A stretch of 63,056 bases of DNA, filler included, from Octopus bimaculoides (Eukaryota): assembly GCF_001194135.2 (NCBI RefSeq). It is 5 parts of 4 records of this genome, joined end to end, with 100 filler letters (N's around TTAATTAATTAA, not from the genome) between each part and the next. Parts side by side here need not be neighbours in the genome. Positions count along the whole stretch, not along the records: positions 41,583 to 57,196 come from NC_069002.1; positions 57,297 to 61,637 come from NC_068986.1; 3 more parts are not named here. One strand, written 5' to 3'. Under the pieces are notes generated by a model, which was not told the DNA's origin, did no database searches, and worked only from the letters and a program-made list of their open reading frames with translations. The position numbers and the translations under genes are program-made. This document shows positions 47,137-61,463 of the stretch, piece after piece. How positions within the stretch are numbered: the stretch's first letter is position 1; each line of letters starts with the position of its first letter.

Positions 47137-48759
47137 NNNNNNNNNNNNNNNNNNNNNNNNNNNNNNNNNNNNNNNNNNNNNNNNNNNNNNNNNNNNNNNN
47201 NNNNNNNNNNNNNNNNNNNNNNNNNNNNNNNNNNNNNNNNNNNNNNNNNNNNNNNNNNNNNNNNNNNNNNNNNNNNNNNNNNNNNNNNNNNNNNNNNNNN
47301 NNNNNNNNNNNNNNNNNNNNNNNNNNNNNNNNNNNNNNNNNNNNNNNNNNNNNNNNNNNNNNNNNNNNNNNNNNNNNNNNNNNNNNNNNNNNNNNNNNNN
47401 NNNNNNNNNNNNNNNNNNNNNNNNNNNNNNNNNNNNNNNNNNNNNNNNNNNNNNNNNNNNNNNNNNNNNNNNNNNNNNNNNNNNNNNNNNNNNNNNNNNN
47501 NNNNNNNNNNNNNNNNNNNNNNNNNNNNNNNNNNNNNCTCTAGGTACAAGGCCTGAAATTTTGGGGGACGAGGCCAGTCGATTATATCGAACTCGGTACG
47601 CAATTTATCGACCCTGGAAGGATAAAAGACAAATTTGACCTCGGCAGAATTTTAAATCAGACAAAATACGGCTAAGCACTTCGCGCGGCGTGCTGCCGTT
47701 TCTGACAGCTCACCGTCTATATATATATATATATACAAAAAAAAGTGTCTCGGTATTTCATTTCATTTTAAATATGTAAATTGTGAGATGAGATGTCTCG
47801 TAAAGTTGATGGAAGAAATGGTGATAAAATTTAGTTTTTGTTGTTTGGGAAATTCTGTATCATTTTCCTTCCATAGAACATGTAGATATCAGCGTATATA
47901 AAATTAATCTTCGAAACAAGTAGTACAGAATCTGTATAGATAATACAATTACATGCATGCGAAAGTAACTAACCTTTTTCTTTCGTAATATATGGATAGC
48001 AAGTGGCCTAAATATTTAAATATTTATAGCTAATGTTATTGGAAACCGATTAGACATAATTAAATCGGCTAAATCTACCGTTCACAATTTAAATATTACA
48101 TTTAAAGCGAATTGAATAACTTTGCAGCAGTTTGTTTTGCAAATAATATTCTTGAGGACGCAGTTTTCTCACACGCATCATCTCTCAGAGTTTGTCGCTA
48201 ATTAAGATTTGGTTCAGTAGAAAAATAGTTTACATCAAAATTTGTAGCAACGCTATAGAAGATGGATAACGCCTCCATTCAAGTTTAGATCTAAATAACT
48301 CTTTTTTTCTTAATTTTAAAAGCTAAGTATATTTAGCTTAGCTTAAATTATAGAAGAAAGCATGAGGAATATCAGTTTTTGCATACAAGGAGAAGATCGG
48401 GTATATTTAATTAAAGTTACTAATGGTTTAAACACAACTAATGTAGTACTGGGAAGGATTTGCTTAACCAACAATAGAAGGGGAAAAAGAAAAGACAAGA
48501 GGCGATGGAGACACAAATAAATATTATTTAAGATAATATTAAAAGATATTATTCCAGAGGACATTTGGTGAAAAAAAAATAATAATGACAATACCTAATA
48601 ACTAAACCTAGTAAGAAGGATGAAATTAACGATAATAAATGAAAGTATGTTTCCGCCAGTGCTTACATCGATACACTCTCTGTGTTATCTGGTTTACTAG
48701 ATGATTCTTGGAGAACAGAATATGGAATAGCTCCAAGTAACAAAGAGGACAAAAATCCT

Positions 48760-50410
48760 TGCCTTTGTCGTAAGGAAACTACGTAGCCAGTATTGACCGT
48801 TACAAAGAGAATTGTTCATTGCAAACTTTGAGTTTCCAGATAACTTAGGCCGGTGCTATTAGCTTTATGCCTATCCCTAAAAGAAGAATAATGGTTTGAT
48901 ATTCTCTTGGAGACCTGCGTTGATGCGTTACCTACATAAAACAGGACGTCTGTGTAAGTCATTACCTTACATTGATAAACCGCATTCCTGGTCTTGGCAT
49001 TCGCACCTAATAACTTAATTCTATTAGAATTTGATTCCGTGATACTAATCTTATTGTTGTTACAGAAATTGTTTTATTTACTAATATTGTACATATTACT
49101 TATATTCTTACCTAAATGACTATTACCATCATATGAGTGTGATAAATTACTGGAGTAATTATTATTATTATTGTTATAAACATTATGATTATCATCATAA
49201 TTAGGATGGCTGTCTAATGATGAATCTAAGAGCCTGAAATTATGGGAAGATATAATCTGTAACACATTTTTAGTATTAGAAAACCCAAATCTAACCTTAT
49301 GTGAGTTAATTATTGGGTAATAGTGGGAACCCCTAGGAAAGTTCCTATTCAACGCGTCTCGGAACTGCCAGACCAAATTGGATTTAACTTGTTTCCCGAA
49401 CGGGAGGATGAGCCAGATATTATCATCAGATTTAGTTACAGTGTTAGTGTGGTTGAATAAATTTAGTTTTTTGTTTTTATTAAGGTGTTTAGAGCCAGTT
49501 AGGCCGCCTCCCTTATGTGAATGATTATAAGCATGTGCCACTTTCACAGACAGTAAAGTGAGAAGAATGGGAAGAAATAGAAGTGGGTTTTTTTCCCGCT
49601 AGTAGAGAGTGTTTCATGCTATGCAAAAGATGAAAAATTACTAAAAGAGTTCATGTATCTTACCTTGTCTTTATAACCGGCCCTCAATAAGGCTGAATTA
49701 TAAACGTCAGCCTCCTTATTGAAAATTTGGGAGTTACAGGAAAGTTTAGAAAGCCTTATTGAGATACTCTTAACCAAATTATTAGTTATATGTTTTGGAT
49801 GGTTACTAAAAGGGCTTATGTACTTGAGATTAGTTGATGGTTTATGGAAAGGAAAGTGTGTATTACTATGTAAGTCTAAAATTACGTCTAGAAAGTTTGC
49901 TACAAAGACCTCATCCTCAAAAACGATGCCAAAGCCTATTCTTCTCAAGAATCTAGCTAACCTATTTTTAACCTTTTGTATACACTGGGCAGAGGTTTTA
50001 TGGAGGTATAGCAGACAATCATCCCTGTTTATTTATTTTAGGGAACTGGTCTGCTATTTCATATAATATATACGAACAGACCACATCAGCTATTTGAGCT
50101 GAATCCGAGCTTCCCTTAGGAACATCAAAAGCCTCCGGAGTATCCTTACGGATCCAAAGTATATTGTTAAAATTTATGATAGATTTACTAGCCGCTAATA
50201 TCACATGATTTTCCTCCCTAGAAAAACCTGCTTTATTATGTGCGAACCAAAGTGCCTTGTTAAGGAAGATAGGGTTAATAGAAGAGTAGAAACTAGAAAT
50301 GTCAAACTGTATAAACTTGATATTACTGTTGTCTTTAATTGAATTAAACCATTCTATTACTTGAAAAGAATTTGACCAAACTTTTAGTTTTAACTTATCT
50401 ATTATTGTGG
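48760..50410 (-). mobile_element. Second Penelope-like lineage: RT, linker and GIY-YIG, defective
   Basis: WFNSIK..FIQFDISSFYSSI, FDVPKGSSDSAQIADVV, frameshifted (N)RDDCL at the YRDDGL position, NFLDVILDL..HFPFHKP..YISPFSNHP, NIWLILPF..., and KTRNAVYQCKV..FYVGNAS..RISNHYSSF. Confidence 0.88.
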
Positions 50411-53308
50411 CTATGTATATATGTATGTATATATATATATACATGTATACATATGTCAATCAGACAATAGAGATTTCTCTGAAAACTAGCATCAATCCTT
50501 TACTGACGTACACCCGATTCTCTCCGTTATTCATGTGCATGATTTAGCTTCGCAGCAGTGTGGATATAAGTCTTTAAATGCAATTGTGTTGTCTTTTAGC
50601 TATGTTATATTGACTCANNNNNNNNNNNNNNNNNNNNNNNNNNNNNNNNNNNNNNNNNNNNNNNNNNNNNNNNNNNNNNNNNNNNNNNNNNNNNNNNNNN
50701 NNNNNNNNNNNNNNNNNNNNNNNNNNNNNNNNNNNNNNNNNNNNNNNNNNNNNNNNNNNNNNNNNNNNNNNNNNNNNNNNNNNNNNNNNNNNNNNNNNNN
50801 NNNNNNNNNNNNNNNNNNNNNNNNNNNNNNNNNNNNNNNNNNNNNNNNNNNNNNNNNNNNNTATATATATATATATATATATGTATATCTATATATATAT
50901 ATATAATATATATGTATATACATATATATATATATACATGTATACATATGTCAATCAGACAATAGAGATTTCTCTGAAAACTAGCATCAATCCTTTACTG
51001 ACGTACACCCGATTCTCTCCGTTATTCATGTGCATGATTTAGCTTCGCAGCAGTGTGGATATAAGTCTTTAAATGCAATTGTGTTGTCTTTTAGCTATGT
51101 TATATTGACTCAACGTTACACTACACATTGCCACCTCAATGAAAGCTACATTTAATGTTTCTGCAGGAATTTATTAGAGCGGACTCCGTAGATAAACACC
51201 AAAATACTGGTATCACTTCGCATCATTTTTATTTTATACTTTTGGACACAGAAAAAGGGTTCTACTTGAAAACAACAACAACAACAACAAAATAATATTG
51301 AAAAACAGTTTGCATAAAACATTTTTCTTTTTTTTTTTTAGGAATTTCAATTAAGACAGACTCAACTTTACTATTATCTCCGCTGGAAAACCACAAAATC
51401 TATACTAGTGATATCGATATTCAATATCATCGAATTTTCCTTTCTGTATGGTAATATGCAAAACTCATTATTATAGGTTTCTCTGTGATCAGTGTAGAAT
51501 ACTATACACATTATTTGTTTGTTCCATGCAACTGCTGTTGACCATTTATCCATCTCTTCCTGATTTAGTCTTCATAATTGTAAAGAGATACGTTGACATA
51601 CTATCAAAGATAAGTGTTAAGAATGGAACCGGTTCTAACTTTTAGCTTCATGAGACTAAATACAAGCATCTACTTGGTCACTGAAACTGAGATTGCTATA
51701 CCAGGCACATTCCTCTAAAATCTCTACAGATTATTTTAAATAAAATCTCATATTGGATATGGTTGCAGAATACATCAGACAAAGACAGGACATTCGTAGT
51801 CGTTAAGTCTCTGAAAACGGAGCTCTTCTGTCAGTATTGATTTGCCTTTAGTTTAAAGACTTTAATGTGGCATGGATGGGAAACAGTAATGCTTCAGAAA
51901 TATTTGGTAATAGAGTGATGTGCACCAGTGGGATTGTTTGTGCCCAATACTCTATCGCAGCTCACTGCAAAGCCAGAATAGCGTTCGAGTATTTTTGCTG
52001 TGTTAAGCACATCTGCTTAATTCCATTTTTAAAAATTACATCTCGTCACATTTCATGAAATCATATAAATTGGATATGTTGCTGTAAAATTTAATTTCAG
52101 CAGATTTGATCGATTCTTTGATTTATATCTTAATTTGTTGAATATATAAATATATCAACTCTTAATTTATTAACGGGATGAAGGAATAAACGGTTTGATG
52201 AAATGTTGATGAGAGGATGAAAGTGCAGTACAACAGCAGTCGCTGAAACATATTCTTGCTGCTTTTTTTTTTTTTACTTTTCATCGATCTCATTCTTTGC
52301 TCTCTCAAACAGAAACGTTACTACACCGACTCCATATATATCTTACAAGTCACTAATATCAGTCTCTGCATACTAAAATGCAATTAGTAATATTGCATGC
52401 GTTTACTAAGTTGTTATGACTTACTTACTTTCAATGGTTATTTGTATATTTTTATATATTTCTTTTATACCAATATCACTAAAGTTTTCAGTATAAACCT
52501 TACGCGAAAGCAATATTGTGAAACGTACTTTTTAAGCCCAGAATGAATTTCCGATGGAACGAAATACAAAGAACGCCCATAAAAATGCTGAATGTAACAA
52601 TAATAAAATAAGAATTAAAAGAAGACCAAAAAAAATTCTCTTCAAAATCATAGAAAGAAAATAAAGAAAAGAAACTTCATTCCTATTACAGGTTTCAAAA
52701 TTGAATATCGTATGTAATTAAGTCACTTTTGAACCTATCGCTATTTGGTTTAAGCTAAACAGGGTTTATTATCATTAAATAAAGGCCAGACATTTGCTAT
52801 TACGTCTTTGAAGTAAGTTAATAGGTTTGTCAAAAGAGAAAGCGTTGTTTAAAAATAAGTACCTCCTGTATATAATTCAGGATTGGCTTCAGGTCAGTGT
52901 TAAATAATTCAAAGCACGTAGCAACGTTCCGAGTAATTGAACTTTCAATCACGTCGCGTCTTTCGTCTGATTTCATGTGCGTCCCTCTACGTAGAGATAA
53001 GAGTGCGTACAAACAAACACATATACGTATATTTGCGAAAGTGTGTGCATACACATTTCAATATAATTATATTTGATTTATGGGAAATATTTCATCTAAG
53101 ACATGCAAATTTACGTTAGGTATATGAGTATAGCAATATATGTGTATGTATCTGTGTGTGTGTGCGCGCGCGTGTGAATGTGTGTATGTATATATGTATG
53201 TATATATATTACTATACATTTAAATACGTATACACACATTTTCAAATACACACTCGCACACACACATACATATATATGTATAAATATATGTATAAATATA
53301 TATATAAA

Positions 53309-53349
<41 letters not shown>

Positions 53350-55795
53350 ATATATATNNNNNNNNNNNNNATATATATATATATATACATATAGATATGC
53401 ATATATATAAATATGTGCTTGCCTTTGTGTTTGTGCGTGTGTGTGTTCAAACTGCAGTTCACAACGGTTCTGGATAAATTCTAATCTAATAATAATTCTT
53501 ACTAAACCCACAAGCTAATGGTTACTGTGACTGCACAGCAGGATGTGTTTCTGCGAATGCTCTAGATATAAGGTCGATCAGATTAAATTCTTGCCTCCTT
53601 TGATCTTCAGCTGAAGAAAATGCCCATCTTGAGTCCACAGGAAAATCAGATTTAGTTATTTATAGTCTATTATGTATGTGTGATTATTTCATCATGATTT
53701 GTTCCAGGCAATGATCCTGTGGCGTTCGAGTGGATCAAGACGGTTATCGTTCAATATTAATCTAATACAAGAAAAAGTATGTGACAAATGGAGAGAAAAA
53801 AGCTTCAAGCTGATGGAGAGATGGATGAAATCTCTGCTGTACACTAATCAAAGTTTTAATAACTATCTTAAAGAATGATTAACTATCCGTCTAGGAAGAT
53901 GCGGTCGTATTGTGAACTACCGTTGAGTGCCGCCCAATAGAAATATCACCAGGACTGGATGACATTCTATAAGAAAGTTTCAGAGAGTCATGTTAAACTA
54001 TTTTCAGTATCGACTAATAAAATGCCGATACTCTGCAAGGCATGAGCGACTATAATATTGTTATTCATTTCTAACAACAAACTGGAGAGAAGTGACTGTA
54101 ACGCCTAACTACAGTCAGTAATTTTTCAAAACTGTGTTTGGGCAAATCTGAAGAGCGCCATCTTGAGAAGCCTGCAACAAAGTATTGCAAATATATGTCC
54201 TCTGTCTTTTACTAAGAATGCTCGGATATTCTACATTCGGTACATGCAACAGAATTGAAAATATCGAAGATGAAGTTCAACGTCGCTTTCGTTGCTTTTG
54301 GAAAAGACTTCGACTTTGAAGATCGATTAAAATCTTCGCTAGGAATCGTTTTCATGTTGAATTTGATAAGGCTGGTCAATCATTCTACGCAAAATTGACT
54401 AGAGAACTGAGGTCAAATGTAGCAGTTTGTTATAGTGAATAGTGTCTGGCATATTCTTGAAAGCAATCCACACATTAAATGGTGATGAGTACATATGTAG
54501 CTGAAGGAACGAAAACCTGCAAAGAGTCACTAAGGTGCGGGTTTGTTATTGTCTACTCATCTGCTAACTCTGTGTGCTCAGTAGGTGACTTAGAGCGAAG
54601 ACTAAGCCTTCTGTACAACATACGCGGGAATTGTCAAACCTTTCGATCTTAGCAGCCTATATATTCATGTGTACATATATAAGTACATAGATACATGCAT
54701 ATGGGTGAAGGAGATCCCCGTTTATTTTGACAAGTCCTTGGTGATGGCAGACGTCTAACAGAAAGACACTCTGACAAAAAAATTGCAGTCAAAATAATTC
54801 CTGTCGCTTTGCAATGCTTTACAACGTAACCTCCTATGGCGACTGAGAAAGTGATATGTTGTAGAAAATCTAAACATCAGATTTGTGTTGTACAACATCT
54901 AACAATTATAAATATATGTGTGTGTATGTTAGTGTGTATGAATCGATGTACGCATACACACACGCCGAAGGCGCGGTATGAGTGTTCAGTTTTTTGCCGA
55001 ACGGCCTGCACAAATGACTTATTTAGAATAACCAAATGTGTGCTGTATATTAGCTTACACCCTCCATGAAATCCACATTGCGTGAACATGTGCACGCTGC
55101 ACCACATGTTACGTGTCGAAGTGATCGCAGAGCAATGTGAGATGAAAAAAACAAACCAGCCAGTCTATGAACTGAAACCACGATCTTGAAATTAAATATT
55201 CAAATGCTTGTTTATTGCAGTATTATGTACAATATATTTATTTTAAATATCTGATCAACACGTGTTTCTACTGCATACATAACCTAAGATTTGGTATCCA
55301 GTTGCAACCTGTTGGTTCAAGTTCTTCCAATGTACTGATATACGTTCAACTTTATTCAAGATATTACGTCTACAGGCATTTGAAGCGAACTGGAGATGTT
55401 AGTATTTTGTGGTTTTCTTTTAGATATAATTTAGTTGCGGGTGGGACGTGTAGAAGTTAGCAGAGTTCGTTGCGCAATACGATGTGGCAATAAAGTCTGT
55501 TCTCAAAGTCTAGAGAAACCCTCTGGTTTTAAAGAAAATAACATGACAACAAACATAGCAGTCAGTGAAACGTAACTAGGTCAGGATCAGAGAATAAGAT
55601 TCACAGGGAGTTAGAAAGTAGAAACTGACATAAAGATGAAAAGAGTCCTTTTTAAAAAAAGAGGGGATGGAGTATACATGTAGATTCTTAGAAACCTAAT
55701 TGTATTAAATCAACAATAGTATTCTAGCTAATTCTTTATTTATACATATGTATGCATGTATGTATGTATGTATGTTATGTATGTATGTATATATG

Positions 55796-55826
<31 letters not shown>

Positions 55827-56397
55827 NNNNNNNNNNNNNNNNNNNNNNNNNNNNNNNNNNNNNNNNNNNNNNNNNNNNNNNNNNNNNNNNNNNNNNNNNN
55901 NNNNNNNNNNNNNNNNNNNNNNNNNNNNNNNNNNNNNNNNNNNNNNNNNNNNNNNNNNNNNNNNNNNNNNNNNNNNNNNNNNNNNNNNNNNNNNNNNNNN
56001 NNNNNNNNNNNNNNNNNNNNNNNNNNNNNNNNNNNNNNNNNNNNNNNNNNNNNNNNNNNNNNNNNNNNNNNNNNNNNNNNNNNNNNNNNNNNNNNNNNNN
56101 NNNNNNNNNNNNNNNNNNNNNNNNNNNNNNNNNNNNNNNNNNNNNNNNNNNNNNNNNNNNNNNNNNNNNNNNNNNNNNNNNNNNNNNNNNNNNNNNNNNN
56201 NNNNNNNNNNNNNNNNNNNNNNNNNNNNNNNNNNNNNNNNNNNNNNNNNNNNNNNNNNNNNNNNNNNNNNNNNNNNNNNNNNNNNNNNNNNNNNNNNNNN
56301 NNNNNNAGTCGAAGCTATTAATCACTTTGGTTGTATTTTCCTTTTTCTCTAATATTTCTTGTTGATTTTCGTATTTCGTTTTTTATTCGCCGGAAGA

Positions 56398-56620
56398 ATA
56401 TATTCTTTTCTAGTATAAGCACAAGGCACGAGATTTATGGGGAGGGAGCCAGTCGATTAGATCTACCCCACTACGCAATTTGTACTTAATTTATCGACCT
56501 AATAAGGACAGAAGGCAAAGTCGACCTCGACGGAATGTGAACTCAGAACGTAAAGACAGACGAAATACCGCTAAGCATATTGCCCGGCGTGCTAACTTTT
56601 CTGCCAGTTCGCCACCGCAT
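56398..56620 (-). mobile_element. SINE family B copy retaining CpGs (similar at 47540-47715 -, 58230-58400 -, 58600-58700 +, 59010-59210 -)
   Basis: gtcgacctcgacggaatgtgaactcagaacgtaaagacagacgaaataccgctaagc. Confidence 0.85.
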
Positions 56621-57148
56621 CGGAAGAAAATATTGTTGGTAATATTTCCTCTTCTTTCTATTTTTCCTGTCTTTTGAGCCAAGTTAGTTGGAATATAGAT
56701 GTTTAGCTAGATAATCCATTAACGTTTTGGAGAATGAAACTGACTCGTTGATTACTAATTTGCTTGAACACCTGCGCATGATTTATTATGGACTAAATCC
56801 TATTTTTTTACTACCTAATTGTCTACATTTACTTACGTCATTCCTGACTTTATTAAATGTATCATCTACTTACGTTTCATCGTCATCGTCATCATCATCA
56901 TAATCTTCATCGTCATCATTGTTATCAGCATCAACATTATCGTCGTCGTTGCTGTTGTTGTTTTCATCATCATTATCGCACACATCATAACCGGCATGAG
57001 TACAACCAGCAGCCGCATCAATGCCAGTTCTTCATTCGGTATCGATTTGTATTCAGATCTGCAATAAGGTAACTACTGAAGACGATTGCGATGACAATGA
57101 TGATGTAATTGGTCGAAGTAGGGAAGATCCATGAAAGTGACGATGGTG

Positions 57149-57180
<32 letters not shown>

Positions 57181-57349
57181 AAGAAGAAGAAGAAGANNNN
57201 NNNNNNNNNNNNNNNNNNNNNNNNNNNNNNNNNNNNNNNNTTAATTAATTAANNNNNNNNNNNNNNNNNNNNNNNNNNNNNNNNNNNNNNNNNNNNTATA
57301 TATATATATATGCATCTACCTACATATTTATTCACATACTTTTCTCTCC

Positions 57350-57381
<32 letters not shown>

Positions 57382-59566
57382 TTAGATAGATAAATAGTTA
57401 TTATTGATGTATTTCCTATTTAATTTGTTTTCCTTCGTTCCATTCTGCCTTTCTTTTTCTCTTTCCCTTATTTGCTTCATTTCATCTTCCCGCCTCTCCC
57501 TCTACGTTTTCCCTTTTCCTCCTACCTTCATTGCTTTATATTTTCACTTACTTTTCCTTCCTTCTTTCCTTCCTTCTTTCCTTCCTTCTTTCCTTCCTTC
57601 CTTCCTTCCTTCTTTTCCCCCCCATTCCTTTGTCCCAAGCGACATTTCTTCAGCTGGACTGTGTACACGCGGTTTTTCTTTTTATCGATGATAGAAAACA
57701 CTATGATGATAAAAAAAAAAAATAAAATAAAAATTCTTAAGATGGCGGAAAATAACCGGGTAATCTTTGAGGTGTTCAATAGGGAGGGTGATGGTACTAA
57801 TGGTGATGTTACAGTAGCGGTGGAGGTGCAAGAACGATTCGAACGAAATAACTTCCTTTAGCTGTGAGGCTTGTTTTCCAAACAATGAATAAAATAAGCT
57901 CGAACATCAACAACTATAAAAATACCCATAACAAGAACATGAACAATAACAACACGAATATTACAACACCAACAACAGCAATGACAAAAGAACAAACAAA
58001 CAAAAAGCAAGAATAACAACAGCAACCCAACATAAATCAAATATATGAAGAACAAATGCTGCAAAGTAAATAAAAAAAAAAATCCTTGAGAAAAACAAAA
58101 CGAAAAAAAAATAAACAAGAAAAAAAAAACATCGCTGCCTAAATAAAACTCCAAAACTCCAAGATAATAATAATAACAATTTCCTATCGTTGAACAGAGT
58201 AAACATTTGTGGGGGAAAGGATATAGATAATGAGATCGAATCCATTATATGTCCGGTATTTTTTTTCTTTTTCAATCTAAGAAGGAGAGAAAGCGAAGTC
58301 AACCTTGCTTGGGTTCGAACTCAGATTGTAGAAGAACGTAATTAAATTCTACAGCACCACAAGAAATTTAATTCGGCAATCTGTAACTATCTTGAATGTA
58401 ATTTAACGCCACAGCACCAGAAGGCGTGTGGCCTAACGGTTAGTGTTGGGGGTGGTGGTGGTATTGTTGCATCCACGATTGCAAGATCGTCGGTTCGATT
58501 TCAAAACCGGCGTGTTTGCTTTTATTGTTGTTTAGCTTCAGATCAGTCCTTCCTGGCTGAGTTGTTTGAACCTCGGATAGAATTCCCATTGATATTTGTT
58601 CTGGCTCTCCGTACTCAGGGTTCAAATCCTGCCGAAATCAAATTTTCACTTCATTCCTCTGGGGGTCGATAAATAAAGTACCAGTCTAGTATTGGTGTTA
58701 CTTGTTTCAGTCTCTCTTGCTTTCTTTTTTCTTCCACCTTCTATATGGGGAAAAGAAATCATCATTGGTCAGAACTGGAGAAGGATGAACTTCCACAGGA
58801 TCAGATGAAGCAACACCAGAGACCCATGATAAAAGAAAGACAAGATATATGTTTCGGTGTTCGATACCACTGCATGGTACCTTTGGGCAAGTATTTTCTA
58901 CTATAGTCTCGGCTTCTGAATGAAATTTAGTACCTACAAATTACACGGAAGTCCTCCAGCGAGACTGGCCATTCTCATTTGATAAACTTAATCTATCTCC
59001 GTGTTGATTTGAAGTTATGATAAAAGGTTAGCAATTTTGTGTGAGGGGTAAATCGATTACATCGACCACAGTGCTCAATTGGTACTTATTTTATCGACCA
59101 CGAAAAGCAAAGTCAACCTCGACAGAATTTGAACTCAGAACATAAAGACCGACGAAATGCTGCAAAGCATTTTTCTCGACGTTCTAATGATTCTGCCAGC
59201 TCGCCGTCTTAGTCTGCCCCCATATTAACACCGATAAAGGGATATAGGAAATGGCATTTGTCTAAGATATCTCGCAGTGGGAACGAAAGTGGGATCTCAT
59301 GGTTGCAAAGTGAACTGTCTAACCATTCGGCTATTCTGTGCTTGCTTACTTAAATAAATACATGCATGCATGTGTACATATGTAGCAGGAATATTTGGGC
59401 TGGGTCCCAACCCCCGACTCACTACCTAGGAATCGAACCCGGATCGCTGTATTCAAGCGACCAGGACTTTGTGTTTCCAACTCTCAACTCAACCAAGCCG
59501 TTGCACTGGTGACAACCAAATCAGAAATTTCGTTACACATACATACATACATACATACATACATAC

Positions 59567-59852
59567 AAACACTTTCAGTTTCATACCTGTTATTATAAGA
59601 GCAACAGGATGCATACCAGTACGTCTGGAGCAAAGTATGGTTGAACTCGAGATCCCGGGGAGAGAACGTTAGTCTTTAATTCATACGGTACAAATGATCA
59701 TGATACCTGGATCTATAAAAATCTGCAAGGCCATCTTAAGATTCAAAGTATGACGGTTAAAACGAGATACTTTCCTTCACAACCTTGCTACCAAATAAGT
59801 GGCCGGCCAAATATTGCTCGAAATTAGAAAGAGAAAAACATACATACATACA

Positions 59853-59883
<31 letters not shown>

Positions 59884-60436
59884 GGGATATGTAACGAACT
59901 GCCTCAACAAAAACCTGGAAAAATTAGGGTTCTCAAAACCTGAAAGATAAAGCTGATTAGAAGACTACAGATTCAAGCCATCAATTGAACTGTAAAGATA
60001 TGTAAAACTTTCCAAAAGTTTAGCACATAAATACATATGCATACATCTAGACATGAAAATATACACATAAAAACGCATCCATAAAACAAACATAAAAATC
60101 TGCTCATACACTAACACCAAATACTGCACACACACACATATGCACAAATACCTAGATGATGTTGATAAAAGTTCCAATGAAGGAGCCTTGAATCTATGTT
60201 AGAGTCCAGCTCTTTCTCTATTGGCAAGAAATACAGAAATGAAACTGATTGATAACATACATACATACACACATACATATAAAAATACCCTGTTGATATG
60301 GTTGAAATTCCAATGAAGGAGACTTGGGTCTAGGTTAGAAACCGGCTCTTTCTCTATTGGCAAGAAATCTTGAAATAAACTGAATAATGACACATACATA
60401 CATACATACATACATACATACATACATACATACATA
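59567..60436 (+). mobile_element. Three consecutive R4/Dong-type LINE 3' fragments separated by (ACAT)n
   Basis: 59567-59838: FIPVIIRATGCIP...IKICKAILRF. 59884-60253: GYVTNCLNKNLEKLGFSKPE plus UTR. 60281-60390: UTR only. Each is followed by (ACAT)n. Confidence 0.75.
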
Positions 60437-60650
60437 CACGTGTTGGTCTGTTTATGTCCCCGTAACTTAGCGGTTGGGTTAAAGAGCCAGATAGAATAAA
60501 TATCAGGCTTTAAAGAGTAAAAAAAAAAGTGCTAGAATCGATTTCTTCGACTAACAATTCTTCTCGGCGGTGCTCCAGTATGGCCGCAGTCAAGTGACTG
60601 AAACAAGTAAAAGATAAAAGATACTACACTCACTCACTCACTTACTCACT

Positions 60651-60714
<64 letters not shown>

Positions 60715-61386
60715 CACACATATAAAGCCTATCTATCCATCTATCTATTAATCAGCCAAACCAGCCCCCATCTATACACACACACACAGACACAGACACA
60801 CACACACACACACACATGTATATGTCGATAATTGAGGTGAATTGTTCTCTTCTTATGCATGAGTTATTTGCCGTCATTTAAAAGCAACCTGGCGAAGCAA
60901 GTTCAGTAATAGACACACATACAGCAATGAAACAACAAAAATAACAAACATGAATAACGAACGTTATCAATGGGAGCAAAATGGCATCAAACAGCGACAA
61001 CAGCAGCAACAACAACGACTACAACAACAGCAATAATAAAAACTGCAATAGCGAAAGTATTAACGAAGGAAAGAATAGCAAAAAAAAAAACAAAAGAAGA
61101 AAAATACGCATTATAATCAGTAATGTAGAGACAAATAAAAGTGATAAAGTTTATAACGTGTTAATGTGCGCGTGCGTGTATGAGCGAGCAATGGCGCGTA
61201 AATTTTTATACGCATATGCAGGGAGATTTTGATAGATAAATACGCGTATGGGCGTGTACACACACACATACACGCGCATATACATACATACATACATACA
61301 TACATACATACATACATGCGTGTATGTATGTATTTATATATACATTCATAAATGTATATATATATATATGCATATGTATATGTATG

Positions 61387-61463
<77 letters not shown>

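Noticed and set aside
50400-51111. Exact duplication of about 200 bp (50420-50617 and 50920-51111); similar at 9459-9530, 26623-26772 and 31120-31266
   Set aside because: Identical sequence on both sides of an N gap indicates unmerged contig overlap.
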